From: Hyphomicrobiales bacterium
GTDB lineage: Bacteria > Pseudomonadota > Alphaproteobacteria > Rhizobiales > CBDCVD01
NCBI GenBank assembly: GCA_965222955.1
Contig: OZ244974.1
Span: 2,178,977 to 2,242,976, forward strand
Direction: 5' to 3'
DNA: 64,000 nt
Of the stretch, positions 9,501 to 19,685 are shown in pieces (position 1 is the first letter of the stretch; each line of letters begins with the position of its first letter). The position numbers were made by a program, and so were the translations under genes. The notes below the pieces were generated by a model. The model was not told where the DNA came from and did not search any database. It saw only the letters and a program-made list of their open reading frames with translations.

Positions 9501-9623
9501 CCGGGCCGCAGCCTGTTGCACATCATGGAAGCAGCGCGCCTGTACGGGCAGCACTGATCCTGAAAAACGCTTTGTTTGCTGATATTTCGCGCAACGTATC
9601 ACGCGCATTCGTCCTTTACTCAT
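6588..9623 (-). CDS. membrane sensor with 7TM region, PAS-like segment, degenerate GGDEF domain and intact EAL domain (c-di-GMP phosphodiesterase-type)
   Basis: 1011-aa ORF with a periplasmic N-region plus about 7 TM helices (7TMR-DISM-like). The GGDEF signature position reads SGDCF (RISGDCFGILL). EAL motifs are intact: FEALARW, DNFGTGYSSLSYL, KIDRTF, GIETQ, QGFLYARP. Start uncertain; the signal-like PLWVYLVAFVWAMLQAPGAA suggests an internal start, e.g. TTG near 9488. Confidence 0.85.
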   Translation of the reverse strand: MSKGRMRVIRCAKYQQTKRFSGSVLPVQARCFHDVQQAAARPSRPLQARGGQCPLWVYLVAFVWAMLQAPGAAIGVTPMEVDIAAPALDLAPGLEWHRNRSGGVQLTAAADADGIVRRIEVQPRDAGGSGDWVVFALSNSSDEQLDRLLVAPHYRLSGSGVLWTDLGASRIRAITPSQGFAPERLARVDADIFRLTLDPGAVVTFVAELNGTRLPQLYLWEPDAYKDSVNRLTFYEGIVLGIAGLLVLFLSVLTIIRGGLVFVAVSALAWAVLGYLVVDFGFWGQVFGATIGQHQIYRAGAEALLAATLWLFLYSYLHLNRWHAGFFHVALFCIVALGGLIALSIYNAPVASGLARLALAAIAVAGTGVIGFFAVRRFDRAIMLVPTWILLLAWLSGAALVATGRLNNDIASPALVGGLVLIALLIGFTVLQHAVTGSSMLHDESKDRERRALALMGSGDLIWDWDVDRDQLFTSTKVEHLLGLAYGALCGPAYKWLDQLHPSDRDIYREALDAIVTRQRDHIAQEFRLRACDGHYFIFLLRARPVISAANAVVRCVGTLADVTEARLSQERLLHDAVNDNLTGLPNRQLFLDRLSRILTRLEPGKGSRPTLLVVNVDRFRAINEEFGLSMGDAILLTLSRRMARLLQPQDTLARISGDCFGILLLSYTDAKAIAQFTRRVRNIVAEPIAFSVHELKLSCSIGVVQPGAQSEHLEAATLLGDAELAMYHARGLGGGRIEAFRPALRQGNPMLRESDLGEALKRKEIELYFQPIISLKDNTLRGFEALARWAHPRRGMILPGEFIPVAERSEMIVDLGFYVLSHASRQLGAWQRKYTLNKPMTMHVNISNKQLLRQDLVREIKAVLSRDGIRPNTFNLEITESLMIENPELAMHIIARLRDLDIRLSLDNFGTGYSSLSYLQQFPFDMLKIDRTFIHSASGVRSHILRSIVALAHDLGMEVVAGGIETQADAQEIAKLGAEYAQGFLYARPMSCDEAERYLINYASAIEAAE

Positions 9624-9710
9624 GTCGATCCGACCAAGACAGATAATATAGATGGAAAGTGCGGCGCGCCACCGAATAAATTAATTAAACGTTAACGCTG
9701 GACATCTTCG

Positions 9711-11114
9711 CTACACCAGACGGCTGTGGGCGAGAATATGCGCCTCAATGGCCTTTTGCTCATTGGCAACTACCGTATATTGCTCGGCAACACCCATCAA
9801 ATCAGCCAGTACCGGGGGCATCGGCGGAGGAAATCCCGTTGCTTTCTCAACCGCAGCAGCAAACTTGGCCGGATGCGCCGTCGCCAGAACGATATTGGGA
9901 ACCCCTTCGACGCCGTTGGCGTCCGCCCGCGCTGCAACCCCGACCGCTGTGTGCGGATCGAGCAGATAGCCGCTTGTCTCAAGGGTTTGCCCGATGGTCC
10001 GCGCGACATCATGTTCGCTGACGCGCACAGCCGAAAAATCACGTTGAATGGCGTGCAGCACCTCATCGTCAAGCTGATACGTCCCCGATTGCACCTGGCT
10101 TGCCATCAACCCCTCTACATAGGTTGCATCGCGCTTGCACGCCTCGAACAAAAGGCGCTCAAAGTTGGACGATATCTGAATGTCCATACTTGGACTGCTT
10201 GTGGCGATAACGGCCCGCCGTTCGTGAACTCCGTCCCGGATGGTGCGCACGAGAATATCGTTCTCGTTTGTTGCAGCGATCAGGCGCGATACGGGCAGTC
10301 CCATGCGCCTGGCGCAATAGCCGGCGAAAATATCACCGAAATTGCCGCTCGGCACAACAAATCTCATCGGCCGGTGTGGCGCCCCAAGCGCCGTCGCGGC
10401 GACGAAGTAATAGACGATCTGCGCGGCAATACGCGCCCAGTTGATGGAATTGACCCCGGCCAGGTTCAACTGTGCCCGCAGGCCCGGATTATTGAACATC
10501 GCCTTTAACGCCGCCTGGCAGTCGTCGAATGTTCCCTGCACGGCGATATTGTGCACGTTCTGCGCCGCAATCGCCGTCATTTGCCGGCGTTGCACCGGAC
10601 TGACCCGTTCATGGGGGTGAAGCACAAAGAGATCCACCGCATCCTTGCCGGCAAAGGCGTTTACCGCAGCACCGCCGGTGTCGCCAGAGGTCGCGGTAAC
10701 GATGGTGATCCGCTGCGCGCGCTGGCCAAGAACATGATCCATCAGCGGCGCCAAAAGCTGCATCGCCATATCCTTGAACGCCAGCGTCGGGCCGTGAAAC
10801 AATTCCAGGATAAACGTATCGGGCGAAATCTGTACAAGGGGGGTGCGCGCCGGATGAGAGAAATTCTCATAAGCCGCAGCGATCATGGCGCGTAAACGGG
10901 TATCGTCAATGCCGTCTTGCGCGTCAATAAAGGCGCGCAGCACCGTAAAGGCGACATCTTCATAGGGTTTACCGGCCATTTGCCCGATTGTCCCGGCGCT
11001 GAAGGCGGGCCACGTCTCAGGCATGTACAGACCACCGTCGCGGGCCAGCCCGGCAAGGAGGACATCCCCGAACCGAAGCTCGGGCGCGGTTCCGCGCGTA
11101 CTCACATAGCGCAC
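9711..11114 (-). CDS. thrC: threonine synthase
   Basis: RYVSTRG N-terminus, FHGPTLAFKDMAMQ (PLP lysine region), PSGNFGD. I moved the start to GTG 11114, which is preceded by GGAGAG. The upstream part of the track ORF reads through repeats C2/E4. Confidence 0.9.
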   Translation of the reverse strand: MRYVSTRGTAPELRFGDVLLAGLARDGGLYMPETWPAFSAGTIGQMAGKPYEDVAFTVLRAFIDAQDGIDDTRLRAMIAAAYENFSHPARTPLVQISPDTFILELFHGPTLAFKDMAMQLLAPLMDHVLGQRAQRITIVTATSGDTGGAAVNAFAGKDAVDLFVLHPHERVSPVQRRQMTAIAAQNVHNIAVQGTFDDCQAALKAMFNNPGLRAQLNLAGVNSINWARIAAQIVYYFVAATALGAPHRPMRFVVPSGNFGDIFAGYCARRMGLPVSRLIAATNENDILVRTIRDGVHERRAVIATSSPSMDIQISSNFERLLFEACKRDATYVEGLMASQVQSGTYQLDDEVLHAIQRDFSAVRVSEHDVARTIGQTLETSGYLLDPHTAVGVAARADANGVEGVPNIVLATAHPAKFAAAVEKATGFPPPMPPVLADLMGVAEQYTVVANEQKAIEAHILAHSRLV

Positions 11115-11131
11115 CGGCTCTCTCCTTTTTA

Positions 11132-11184
11132 GTTGAATGTGAAAAAGCCCCCTCGGCTTCGCCTCGGTCTGCTTTTTCCGAATA
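11132..11184. repeat. family C hairpin repeat, copy C2 (right arm degenerate)
   Basis: GTTGAATGTGAAAAAGCCCCCTCGGCTTCGCCTCGGTCTGCTTTTTCCGAATAA. Confidence 0.7.
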
Positions 11185-11188
11185 AAAT

Positions 11189-11214
11189 AAGGACAACCTG
11201 TTGAAAGATCACAT
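11189..11214 (-). repeat. family E terminus fragment (E4)
   Basis: AAGGACAACCTGTTGAAAGATCACAT followed directly by CTAG (11215..11218). Confidence 0.65.
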
Positions 11215-12063
11215 CTAGCGCACAGCGCCGCGCGCCTGGCGTATGGCTCCGTACAGCCAAACGCCATAAACCAGGACCAACGCCGCGGCAAGGCCAAACC
11301 AGGTTAATGCATAAGCCAGATGATTGTTCGCGAAAACAAGTCGCGTCTCGCCGCCCTGGGGCAAGGCACCGGAAGGACCTGCCATTGCATCAACGTAAAA
11401 CGGCGCCACTCGAATGCCAACGCGGTTCAGACCGTGAGCGCGCGCAAAGGCTGCCGGATCGCGTGTATACCAGACATTGCCGGCGATATCCGCCTCCGGG
11501 CTCGCCCAGTCCGCCCGATGCGCGGAACGAACGATCCCCTCAATCGTCTGCGCGGACACGGTAATGCTCTCGGCGCGCGTATGGGACGCCTTGCGCTCAA
11601 GCGGCACAAAGCCGCGATTCACATAAACAATCGCCTCCCGGGCACCTTCATGGCGCGGCGCCCTCATGCCATCGGCACAGTCAGACGCGTTCAGGCGCAG
11701 AGGCGTCAGAACCCAGTATCCCTGCCCCCCAAACCGGCCCCTCGGCTCGCTGAGAGCGGTATAAACATGGGCTTCGAGATCATGCAGAAAACACCCGCGT
11801 AGCTGCACGCGCGTATAAGCCGACAACGCTTCCTCCACGCCACCCAATGAACGTGGCACCGTTGCCATCCGCGTCTCGATTGCAGCCAGCAACCCGGTTT
11901 TCCATTTCAGCCGGTGTAACTGCCAACGCCCCAGCGCGAGCAGCACCAGCAAGGCGGCAAGCGCAAAAACCGTGAAAATAACAACGCGGGGGTGGCGTAG
12001 CATTTCAGGAACGGACAAATTCGCCGGATTCCAGCGTGCGCTGTCATGCCTGGTGTTCATCAT
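11215..12063 (-). CDS. SURF1 family cytochrome oxidase biogenesis protein
   Basis: N-terminal TM followed by LGRWQLHRLKWK (the SURF1 hallmark), and a C-terminal TM with YALTWFGLA. It lies in the cta cluster. Start may be a downstream ATG (12003). The TAG stop lies in a CTAG abutting E4. Confidence 0.85.
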   Translation of the reverse strand: MMNTRHDSARWNPANLSVPEMLRHPRVVIFTVFALAALLVLLALGRWQLHRLKWKTGLLAAIETRMATVPRSLGGVEEALSAYTRVQLRGCFLHDLEAHVYTALSEPRGRFGGQGYWVLTPLRLNASDCADGMRAPRHEGAREAIVYVNRGFVPLERKASHTRAESITVSAQTIEGIVRSAHRADWASPEADIAGNVWYTRDPAAFARAHGLNRVGIRVAPFYVDAMAGPSGALPQGGETRLVFANNHLAYALTWFGLAAALVLVYGVWLYGAIRQARGAVR

Positions 12064-12421
12064 ACAGATCGGCGTGAAACTGGTGCGCCACCAAAATCCC
12101 CTTCAGCGGGCGCAGAACAAAAAACGTCAGCACGATGATCAACGGCACCCATAACACCACATGAACCCATAACGCCGGTCCGGCACTCAGCTCCAACAGC
12201 AGCGCAGCCCCGACGACGATAAAACCGATGATGAAAATGGCGAATACCATGGGGCCATCGCCGGAATCGGCAAAGGAAAAGTCAAGATCGCAAATCGTGC
12301 ACCGGTTACGCAGCCGCAGGAGATTTTCGAACATCGGGCCCGCACCGCAGCGCGGGCAACGGCCCTTCAGACCTGCCGCCGTCGGCGTAATCTGCGGAAT
12401 ATCACCTGGCGTATAAGCCAT
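12044..12421 (-). CDS. DUF983 domain-containing membrane protein
   Basis: 125 aa. Zinc-ribbon-like CPRCG..CTICD followed by two TM helices. The position between ctaE and SURF1 is typical for alphaproteobacteria. Confidence 0.75.
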   Translation of the reverse strand: MAYTPGDIPQITPTAAGLKGRCPRCGAGPMFENLLRLRNRCTICDLDFSFADSGDGPMVFAIFIIGFIVVGAALLLELSAGPALWVHVVLWVPLIIVLTFFVLRPLKGILVAHQFHADLYDEHQA

Positions 12422-12520
12422 ATGGCCAAACCTCTATGCTGCGCGCCAAAGCCCCCTGCCTTCACAGCTAGAGCGTGTTATGTCTTGACAAAACCAATCT
12501 AACGGAGTGCAAATTCACCG

Positions 12521-13372
12521 TCAGTGCCCACCGATCGGTCCTGCCCCCCAAATGTAAATGGCGGCGAACAGAAACAACCAGACGACATCCACAAAATGCC
12601 AATACCAGGCCGCCGCCTCGAAACCGAAATGCTGCTCGGGACGAAAGTGGCCGCGCATGGCGCGCATCAGGCAGACAAACAGGAATATGGTGCCGATAAT
12701 AACATGGGCGCCGTGAAAGCCGGTTGCCATGAAAAACGTCGAACCGTAGATGTTGCCGTTATAATCGCCATCGCGATTAAATCCGAACAGCGCATGGGAA
12801 TACTCATAGGCCTGTAGGGTGGTAAACAACAGCCCCAGGACAACCGTCAGGGCCAGCCCCCAGATCAGTCCCTTGCGATTGTCTTCAAGCAGGCAATGGT
12901 GCGCCCAGGTCACGGTCGTGCCCGAAAGCAACAGAATTACCGTATTGAGAAGCGGCAAGTCCCACGGATCAAAGGTGCTGGTGCCGGCCGGCGGCCACAC
13001 CCCGCCTGTCGCGGCGGTACGCGATGTCTGGATGGCTTCGTTGGCAAACAGCGCCGCATCGAAATACGCCCAGAACCAGGCGACGAAAAACATCACCTCG
13101 GAGAAAATAAACAGGATCATGCCATAGCGCAGATGCAACTGTACGACCCGCGTGTGGTCTCCCCCATTGGCCTCGCGAATCACGTCACGCCACCAGCCGA
13201 ACATCGTATACGCCACAATCACCAAACCTGGAAGCAGATACCAAAAGGACGCGCCGTGCATAAAGCCGATCGCGCCCACAGCGAGAACAAACGCGCCCGT
13301 TGCGCCGATAATCGGCCAGGGACTCGGATCGACAAGATGATAATCGTGGTTTTTCGCGTGGGTATCAGCCAT
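12521..13372 (-). CDS. ctaE: cytochrome c oxidase subunit III
   Basis: 283 aa. [13 protein letters not shown]-terminus, 7 TM helices, [25 protein letters not shown]. Confidence 0.95.
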   Translation of the reverse strand: MADTHAKNHDYHLVDPSPWPIIGATGAFVLAVGAIGFMHGASFWYLLPGLVIVAYTMFGWWRDVIREANGGDHTRVVQLHLRYGMILFIFSEVMFFVAWFWAYFDAALFANEAIQTSRTAATGGVWPPAGTSTFDPWDLPLLNTVILLLSGTTVTWAHHCLLEDNRKGLIWGLALTVVLGLLFTTLQAYEYSHALFGFNRDGDYNGNIYGSTFFMATGFHGAHVIIGTIFLFVCLMRAMRGHFRPEQHFGFEAAAWYWHFVDVVWLFLFAAIYIWGAGPIGGH

Positions 13373-13545
13373 GTTTGCTTCTCTTATCCTGCTCTTTTAA
13401 CCGTAATTTTATCCCGTTCCTGCCGCCTCACAGCTTACCGGTTACGCTCATTCCGCCACCCGGCACCACTCCTACGCCGGTTTCATGCCCAGTCTACCAT
13501 ACGTCTCTATGGCGCACAAAAGAGCGCTTGTAAACGCCAAACATT

Positions 13546-14103
13546 CTAAACAGGCGCCCCGGAACCGGTATAGAACGTATATGTCAGCATAACCGTATCG
13601 TTGCCATGAAAGTCCTTGTCCCTTTGCAGATCGGGGCTGACAAAGAACGTAACCCCCATGTCCCTGCTCTCCCCTGGCGCCAGGGTTTGCTCGGTAAAAC
13701 AAAAACAGTCTATTTTGTTGAAATAGGCCCCCATCTCATCGGAGGCCACACTGTACAAGGACGTTCCCGAGACCGGCCGGTTGCTTAGATTGGTGGCCCG
13801 GTAGAAGACGGTTTTTGTCTCGCCAAGACGCACCTGCACTTTCTTGCGCAAAGGTGCCACATGCCACGCCAGATCGGGGGCCACCATTGCATCGAAGCGA
13901 ACCGTGATGGTGCGATCCAGAATGGTCCCCGGCGCCGCGGCCGCCCGCTGCGTCGTTCCCGCAAAACCGGTCAGTTGACAAAACAGCTTATACAGCGGCA
14001 CCGCCCCATAGGCCGCTCCCAGCATGGCCAGCACACCGCACACGCAAAGCGCCGCACTTAAGCGCCGACGGTTGATATTTGACGGCATTACCGTATCAGA
14101 CAT
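13546..14103 (-). CDS. ctaG: cytochrome c oxidase assembly protein CtaG/Cox11
   Basis: 185 aa. N-terminal TM, YKLFCQLTGFAGT, IDCFCFTEQTL (copper-binding CFCF motif). Confidence 0.9.
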   Translation of the reverse strand: MSDTVMPSNINRRRLSAALCVCGVLAMLGAAYGAVPLYKLFCQLTGFAGTTQRAAAAPGTILDRTITVRFDAMVAPDLAWHVAPLRKKVQVRLGETKTVFYRATNLSNRPVSGTSLYSVASDEMGAYFNKIDCFCFTEQTLAPGESRDMGVTFFVSPDLQRDKDFHGNDTVMLTYTFYTGSGAPV

Positions 14104-14127
14104 GATAACAGGCGCTCCCTGTCATTC

Positions 14128-14307
14128 CTAAAGCGGTCGGTTCAGAACATTACTTCCGAGGCGAACCAGCGTTACCCCGTAAATCATAGCCATAACAAGA
14201 GCAATCGTACAAGCGATGGCAAGGGACCGCATACGGCGCCGACGCTGCTGCTGCGCGCTGCTTTCCGTCTGGTGTCCGGTATCGTTATCGGGTGGCGAAA
14301 CTTCCAT
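14128..14307 (-). CDS. small single-TM protein in cta cluster (hypothetical)
   Basis: 59-aa reading MEVSPPDNDTGHQTESSAQQQRRRRMRSLAIACTIALVMAMIYGVTLVRLGSNVLNRPL, with a polar N-terminus, an Arg cluster and one TM. It fills the ctaB-ctaG gap. The longer track ORF 14128..14655 overlaps ctaB and I reject it. Confidence 0.45.
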   Translation of the reverse strand: MEVSPPDNDTGHQTESSAQQQRRRRMRSLAIACTIALVMAMIYGVTLVRLGSNVLNRPL

Positions 14308-14366
14308 CACGATCGCGCTCTCACACACATATTCCGGCCGTTTTCCCCGGGTATTCCCGATTGCAT

Positions 14367-15337
14367 TCAGCCGGATATTCCGGGGACGGCAATATACGCA
14401 CCCGGCATCCAGCTCTCGATTATAATCGCGGCAAAGAGCATAAACAAATACACAATCGAGAATGAAAAGCACGCGCGCGCCCGCTGGCGCATCTGATCGC
14501 GTCCCTCGGCGTAAAGCAGAGCAAACGCGCGAACCACAAATATCGCTCCCAAACCAATCGCCGTCAGGCCGTACAGCGCACCGGATGTCGCCAAAAATAC
14601 CGGCGCCAGCGCCACCAACGCCATAAGAAGTGTATAGGCGACGATATGACGACACGTTGTTTTAACCCCTGCGACATTGGGCAGCATCGGCACGCCGGCG
14701 CGGGCGTAATCGTCGGTACGGACCAGCGCCAGAGCCCAGAAATGCGGCGGCGTCCAGAGAAAAATAATGGCAAACAGCGCCAGCGGTTCAAGTGTGACCG
14801 TCCCCGCAGCGGCGGCCCAGCCGATCACCGGCGGCAAGGCCCCGGCGGCACCGCCAATAACGATATTCTGCACCGTAGAGCGCTTCAGACCCATGGTATA
14901 GATGACCGCATAGAAGAAAATCGTAAACGCAAGCAGGCCTGCCGCCAGCCAGCCGATAAGCATTCCCAGTAACAGCACCGACATCAGCGCCAGCACGATA
15001 CCAAACATCAGCGCCTCTTCAGCCTCAATGCGCCCCCGGGGCAACGGCCGGCCTGCGGTGCGCGCCATTTTCCCATCGATATCGGCGTCATACCACATGT
15101 TCAGAACGCCGGCGGCGCCCGCCCCCGCCGCGACCAGAACAATCGCCACGACAGCCAGCACAGGATGCATTGCGCCAGGCGCAGCGACCATGCCGGCGCC
15201 GGCGGTAAACACCACCAGGGACATCACACGCGGCTTTAAAAGGGTGAAATAATCGCCAAGAGCTGGCTGGTTTGCGGACACGATCGCCGCATCGGCAGCC
15301 GGCCACGGGCCCACTGCATTGGATACCTCACCCGCCA

Positions 15338-15338
<1 letters not shown>
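14367..15338 (-). CDS. ctaB: heme o synthase (protoheme IX farnesyltransferase)
   Basis: 323 aa polytopic protein of the UbiA family: [34 protein letters not shown]. The GTG start shares one base with the ctaD stop (TAGTG). Confidence 0.9.
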
Positions 15339-17068
<1,730 letters not shown>

Positions 17069-17143
17069 CTACACGGATCAGCTTGTCGATACAACGCCTG
17101 CCGCCGGTATTCCATCTGCCAGACAAAATGCGCCAGGCGCAAA

Positions 17144-18187
17144 TTACCGCTCGGCGACGACAGTCCTCTGCCCGAGGGGCGCCTGGGCGCTGAATTGGGT
17201 TTTCGCCGTATTGAGCCAGTCGGCAAACTGGGCCTCGGTCACCACCTTGACGGCGATGGGCATATAGGCGTGATCCTTGCCGCACAGCTCCGAACACTGG
17301 CCATAAAACATGCCGGTGCGCGTGGCCATGAACCAGGTCACATTCTTGCGCCCCGGAACAGCATCGATTTTCAACCCGAACGCCGGCACGGCAAAACCGT
17401 GGATCATGCCAATGGGATCTGCGGTGACATAGAGCCGGACCACTTTGTTGACGGGCACGACGAGGGGATTGTCGACCGCCAGCAGGCGCGGGTCCCCTGC
17501 CTTGCGTTCGTTGTCCTGCAGCATGAGGGAATCGAATGCAATGTCATGATCCGCATACTGATACGTCCAGCTCCAACTGGGATTACCGACCGCGGTGATG
17601 GTAAGAGCGGGCGCCGGCAGGACTTCACCGCTTGAGCGGCTGGCAAATATATTCGCCGCCAGATAGCGCCGCTCGCCGTTGGGGGTGAGCAACTGCTCCG
17701 GCAGCAGGCGAAACGAGGGAACCGCTATTACAAACAGGATAATAATCGGCACCACCGTCCAGATCACCTCAATGAGGGTATTGTGCGATGTCTTCGCCGG
17801 CTCCGGATTGGCGCGCGCGTTATAGCGAACAATGCACCAAAGGACCAACAGGCAGACAAAGGCAAAAATCGCCCCGATGATGTACAGTGTAAAGGTGTTA
17901 AAGACGCTGATCCCTTCCATGATCGGCGAGGCAGCTGCCTGCAAACCAATCCCCCCCGGTGTGGGTTGGCCGTAGACGACCTCGGCCGTCTCTTGTGCGT
18001 TCGCCGGCATCTGCCAAAGGCCGAAAAGCGTCGCCGTGGCGGCAAAAGTCCGGAGCCGGTGCGCGCCCCTGTCGGCAAAGGCCCGACAGCTTACGCCCAC
18101 CGCATGTGTTGCTTGATCAAAATCCACCGATTTCACTGGCAGTTTCCCTAAATTTCCGAGTTCGAGATGACAGCGCAACAAATACAA
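17144..18187 (-). CDS. ctaC: cytochrome c oxidase subunit II
   Basis: Two TM helices, then a cupredoxin domain with the CuA site HGFAVP...CSELCGKDHAYM. Start uncertain, as the track ORF has a long non-conserved N-terminus. Confidence 0.9.
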   Translation of the reverse strand: MYLLRCHLELGNLGKLPVKSVDFDQATHAVGVSCRAFADRGAHRLRTFAATATLFGLWQMPANAQETAEVVYGQPTPGGIGLQAAASPIMEGISVFNTFTLYIIGAIFAFVCLLVLWCIVRYNARANPEPAKTSHNTLIEVIWTVVPIIILFVIAVPSFRLLPEQLLTPNGERRYLAANIFASRSSGEVLPAPALTITAVGNPSWSWTYQYADHDIAFDSLMLQDNERKAGDPRLLAVDNPLVVPVNKVVRLYVTADPIGMIHGFAVPAFGLKIDAVPGRKNVTWFMATRTGMFYGQCSELCGKDHAYMPIAVKVVTEAQFADWLNTAKTQFSAQAPLGQRTVVAER

Positions 18188-18511
18188 TCACATTATCGCA
18201 CGTATTGCCGCACATATAATCGCATATTCTCGCCCGCTGACGTGCATTGGCTGGCCGCGGGGATGCGAATACAACCCCTGACACACCCTGGCCTGCCCTG
18301 ACCTGCCCTGACGCGTTTCCCACAACGAGGCGGTTCGCAAGCACACCCGAGCCCACCAGGGGAATCATCCGGTTTCGACTCGATACCCCGTCCCGCGGTT
18401 CTAACAAAGCATATCATGGCGGCGGCATCAATTCCCTTTTCGGTCCATGGATGCGGCATTTTTTCCGAACCGGCGTCCATTGATGCCAAACACCAGCGCC
18501 CATGCATTCAG

Positions 18512-18650
18512 GTGTGATCTTTCAGCACGTTGTTTCCAGGACAGGCAAACCGGATGGGATCCCTCTTGTGCCCTTGCCGCCAGGGAGGCCATATCGGGCC
18601 ATCCATCTGCACCCGACGGGTTTACCAGGAACAACCTGTTGAAATTACAT
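18512..18650 (+). repeat. family E repeat, full-length copy E5
   Basis: GTGTGATCTTTCAGCACGTTGTTTCCAGGACAGGCAAACCGGATGGGAT..CCCTTGCCGCCAGGGAGGCCATATCGGGCCATCCATCTGCACCCGACGGGTTTACCAGGAACAACCTGTTGAAATTACAT. Both termini and both internal modules are present. A family A one-arm fragment follows at 18653..18668 (TTAGAGCGTGTCCAGG). Confidence 0.85.
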
Positions 18651-18837
18651 ATTTAGAGCGTGTCCAGGCCGGACAACAAGTGCGGTTCGCGGCCATCACG
18701 GAAACGAATTCGCCCCGGTACCATGATTCGCGTGATATTCCATGATATTCATTGTACCGTTGTTGTGCTGCTGTGATTTGACCCTGTGGGATGACGGGAT
18801 GGCTTGAGGTAAACGTTGCTCATTTTATAGACTCCAG

Positions 18838-18904
18838 ATGTGATCAGATCGACGGCCAGCAGCACCCGACGGGATTTTCGCGAACAACCTGTTGAAAGAT
18901 CACA
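18838..18904 (-). repeat. family E repeat, short copy E6
   Basis: ATGTGATCAGATCGACGGCCAGCAGCACCCGACGGGATTTTCGCGAACAACCTGTTGAAAGATCACA. The left terminus is truncated; the right terminus is complete. Confidence 0.75.
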
Positions 18905-18969
18905 ACCAGCCATTATAACATTCCACTGGAAGGTTGAATTTGACATTCGAGAACGCACCCGGTGGCAAA

Positions 18970-18998
18970 CGGGACTCAAATGTCAGGTGCGTTCCATT
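18970..18998 (+). repeat. 29-bp repeat G1 (second copy at 35386)
   Basis: CGGGACTCAAATGTCAGGTGCGTTCCATT versus CGGGACTCAAATGTCAAATTCGTTCCATC: 25 of 29 identical, same strand. Confidence 0.5.
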
Positions 18999-19019
18999 AA
19001 CCGCGAAAGGCCCTGCCTG

Positions 19020-19601
19020 ATGATAAACTCCCCCGCACACTGGCGCGATGGCGCGCGGTTTGTTTTGCGATTGTGGCTTGCAATGTATTTTTCAGGGGCA
19101 CGGCGCCCGGGTCTGTACCGGGCAATCGTTACCGTGTTTGCCTTTGCATTTGCGCTCCCGGCGGCGCAGGCGCAGAGCGCAACGCAAAAGACCTTCGGCG
19201 CCTGGGAAATGCGTTGCGAGCAACCGAGCGGCGCGCGTAATACCGAATGCGCCCTTGTTAACAGCGTTACATCCAGCGACGACAATGGTGTCGCGCTGAC
19301 CGTTCTGGCGCTGAAGACGGCCGACAACAAGGTACATCTTTTGCGCGTATTGGCGCCCCTTGGTGTTCTTCTGCCGCCCGGGCTGGGCCTGAAAATCGAT
19401 GACACGGACGTGGGTAGCGCCGAATTCGCCAAGTGTTTGCCGAACGGTTGTCTGGCCGAGGTGATTTTGAGCGAGACCCAGATCGCGCGCTTTAAAACCG
19501 GAAAGTCAGCGCTGTTCATTATTTTTAAATCTCCTAATGAAGGGATCGGAATTCCCATTGATTTGAATGGCTTTGCTCAGGGTCTTGAAGAATTGCCTTA
19601 G
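19020..19601 (+). CDS. invasion associated locus B (IalB) family protein
   Basis: Signal peptide (..FAFAFALPAAQAQ), then TFGAWEMRCEQP..ECALV..LRVLAPLGVLLPPGL.LKIDD..CLPNGCLAEV, typical of the IalB family. Start is ATG 19020 (GAAAGG 12 nt upstream) or ATG 19083. The TAG stop lies in TTAG at the edge of E15. Confidence 0.8.
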   Translation: MINSPAHWRDGARFVLRLWLAMYFSGARRPGLYRAIVTVFAFAFALPAAQAQSATQKTFGAWEMRCEQPSGARNTECALVNSVTSSDDNGVALTVLALKTADNKVHLLRVLAPLGVLLPPGLGLKIDDTDVGSAEFAKCLPNGCLAEVILSETQIARFKTGKSALFIIFKSPNEGIGIPIDLNGFAQGLEELP

Positions 19602-19650
19602 AGCCAGGTGTGTAAATGCAACAGATTGTTCCCGGTGAATCCAGCGGATG
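19602..19650 (+). repeat. family E terminus fragment (E15)
   Basis: AGCCAGGTGTGTAAATGCAACAGATTGTTCCCGG.. (compare E14 CCAGGTGTGTAATTTCAGCAGGTTGTCCCTG). It is followed by a family A one-arm fragment, CTGGAGCGTGTCAG, at 19651..19664. Confidence 0.6.
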
Positions 19651-19685
19651 CTGGAGCGTGTCAGTTTTTAGCTGAAAGGCTCTAG

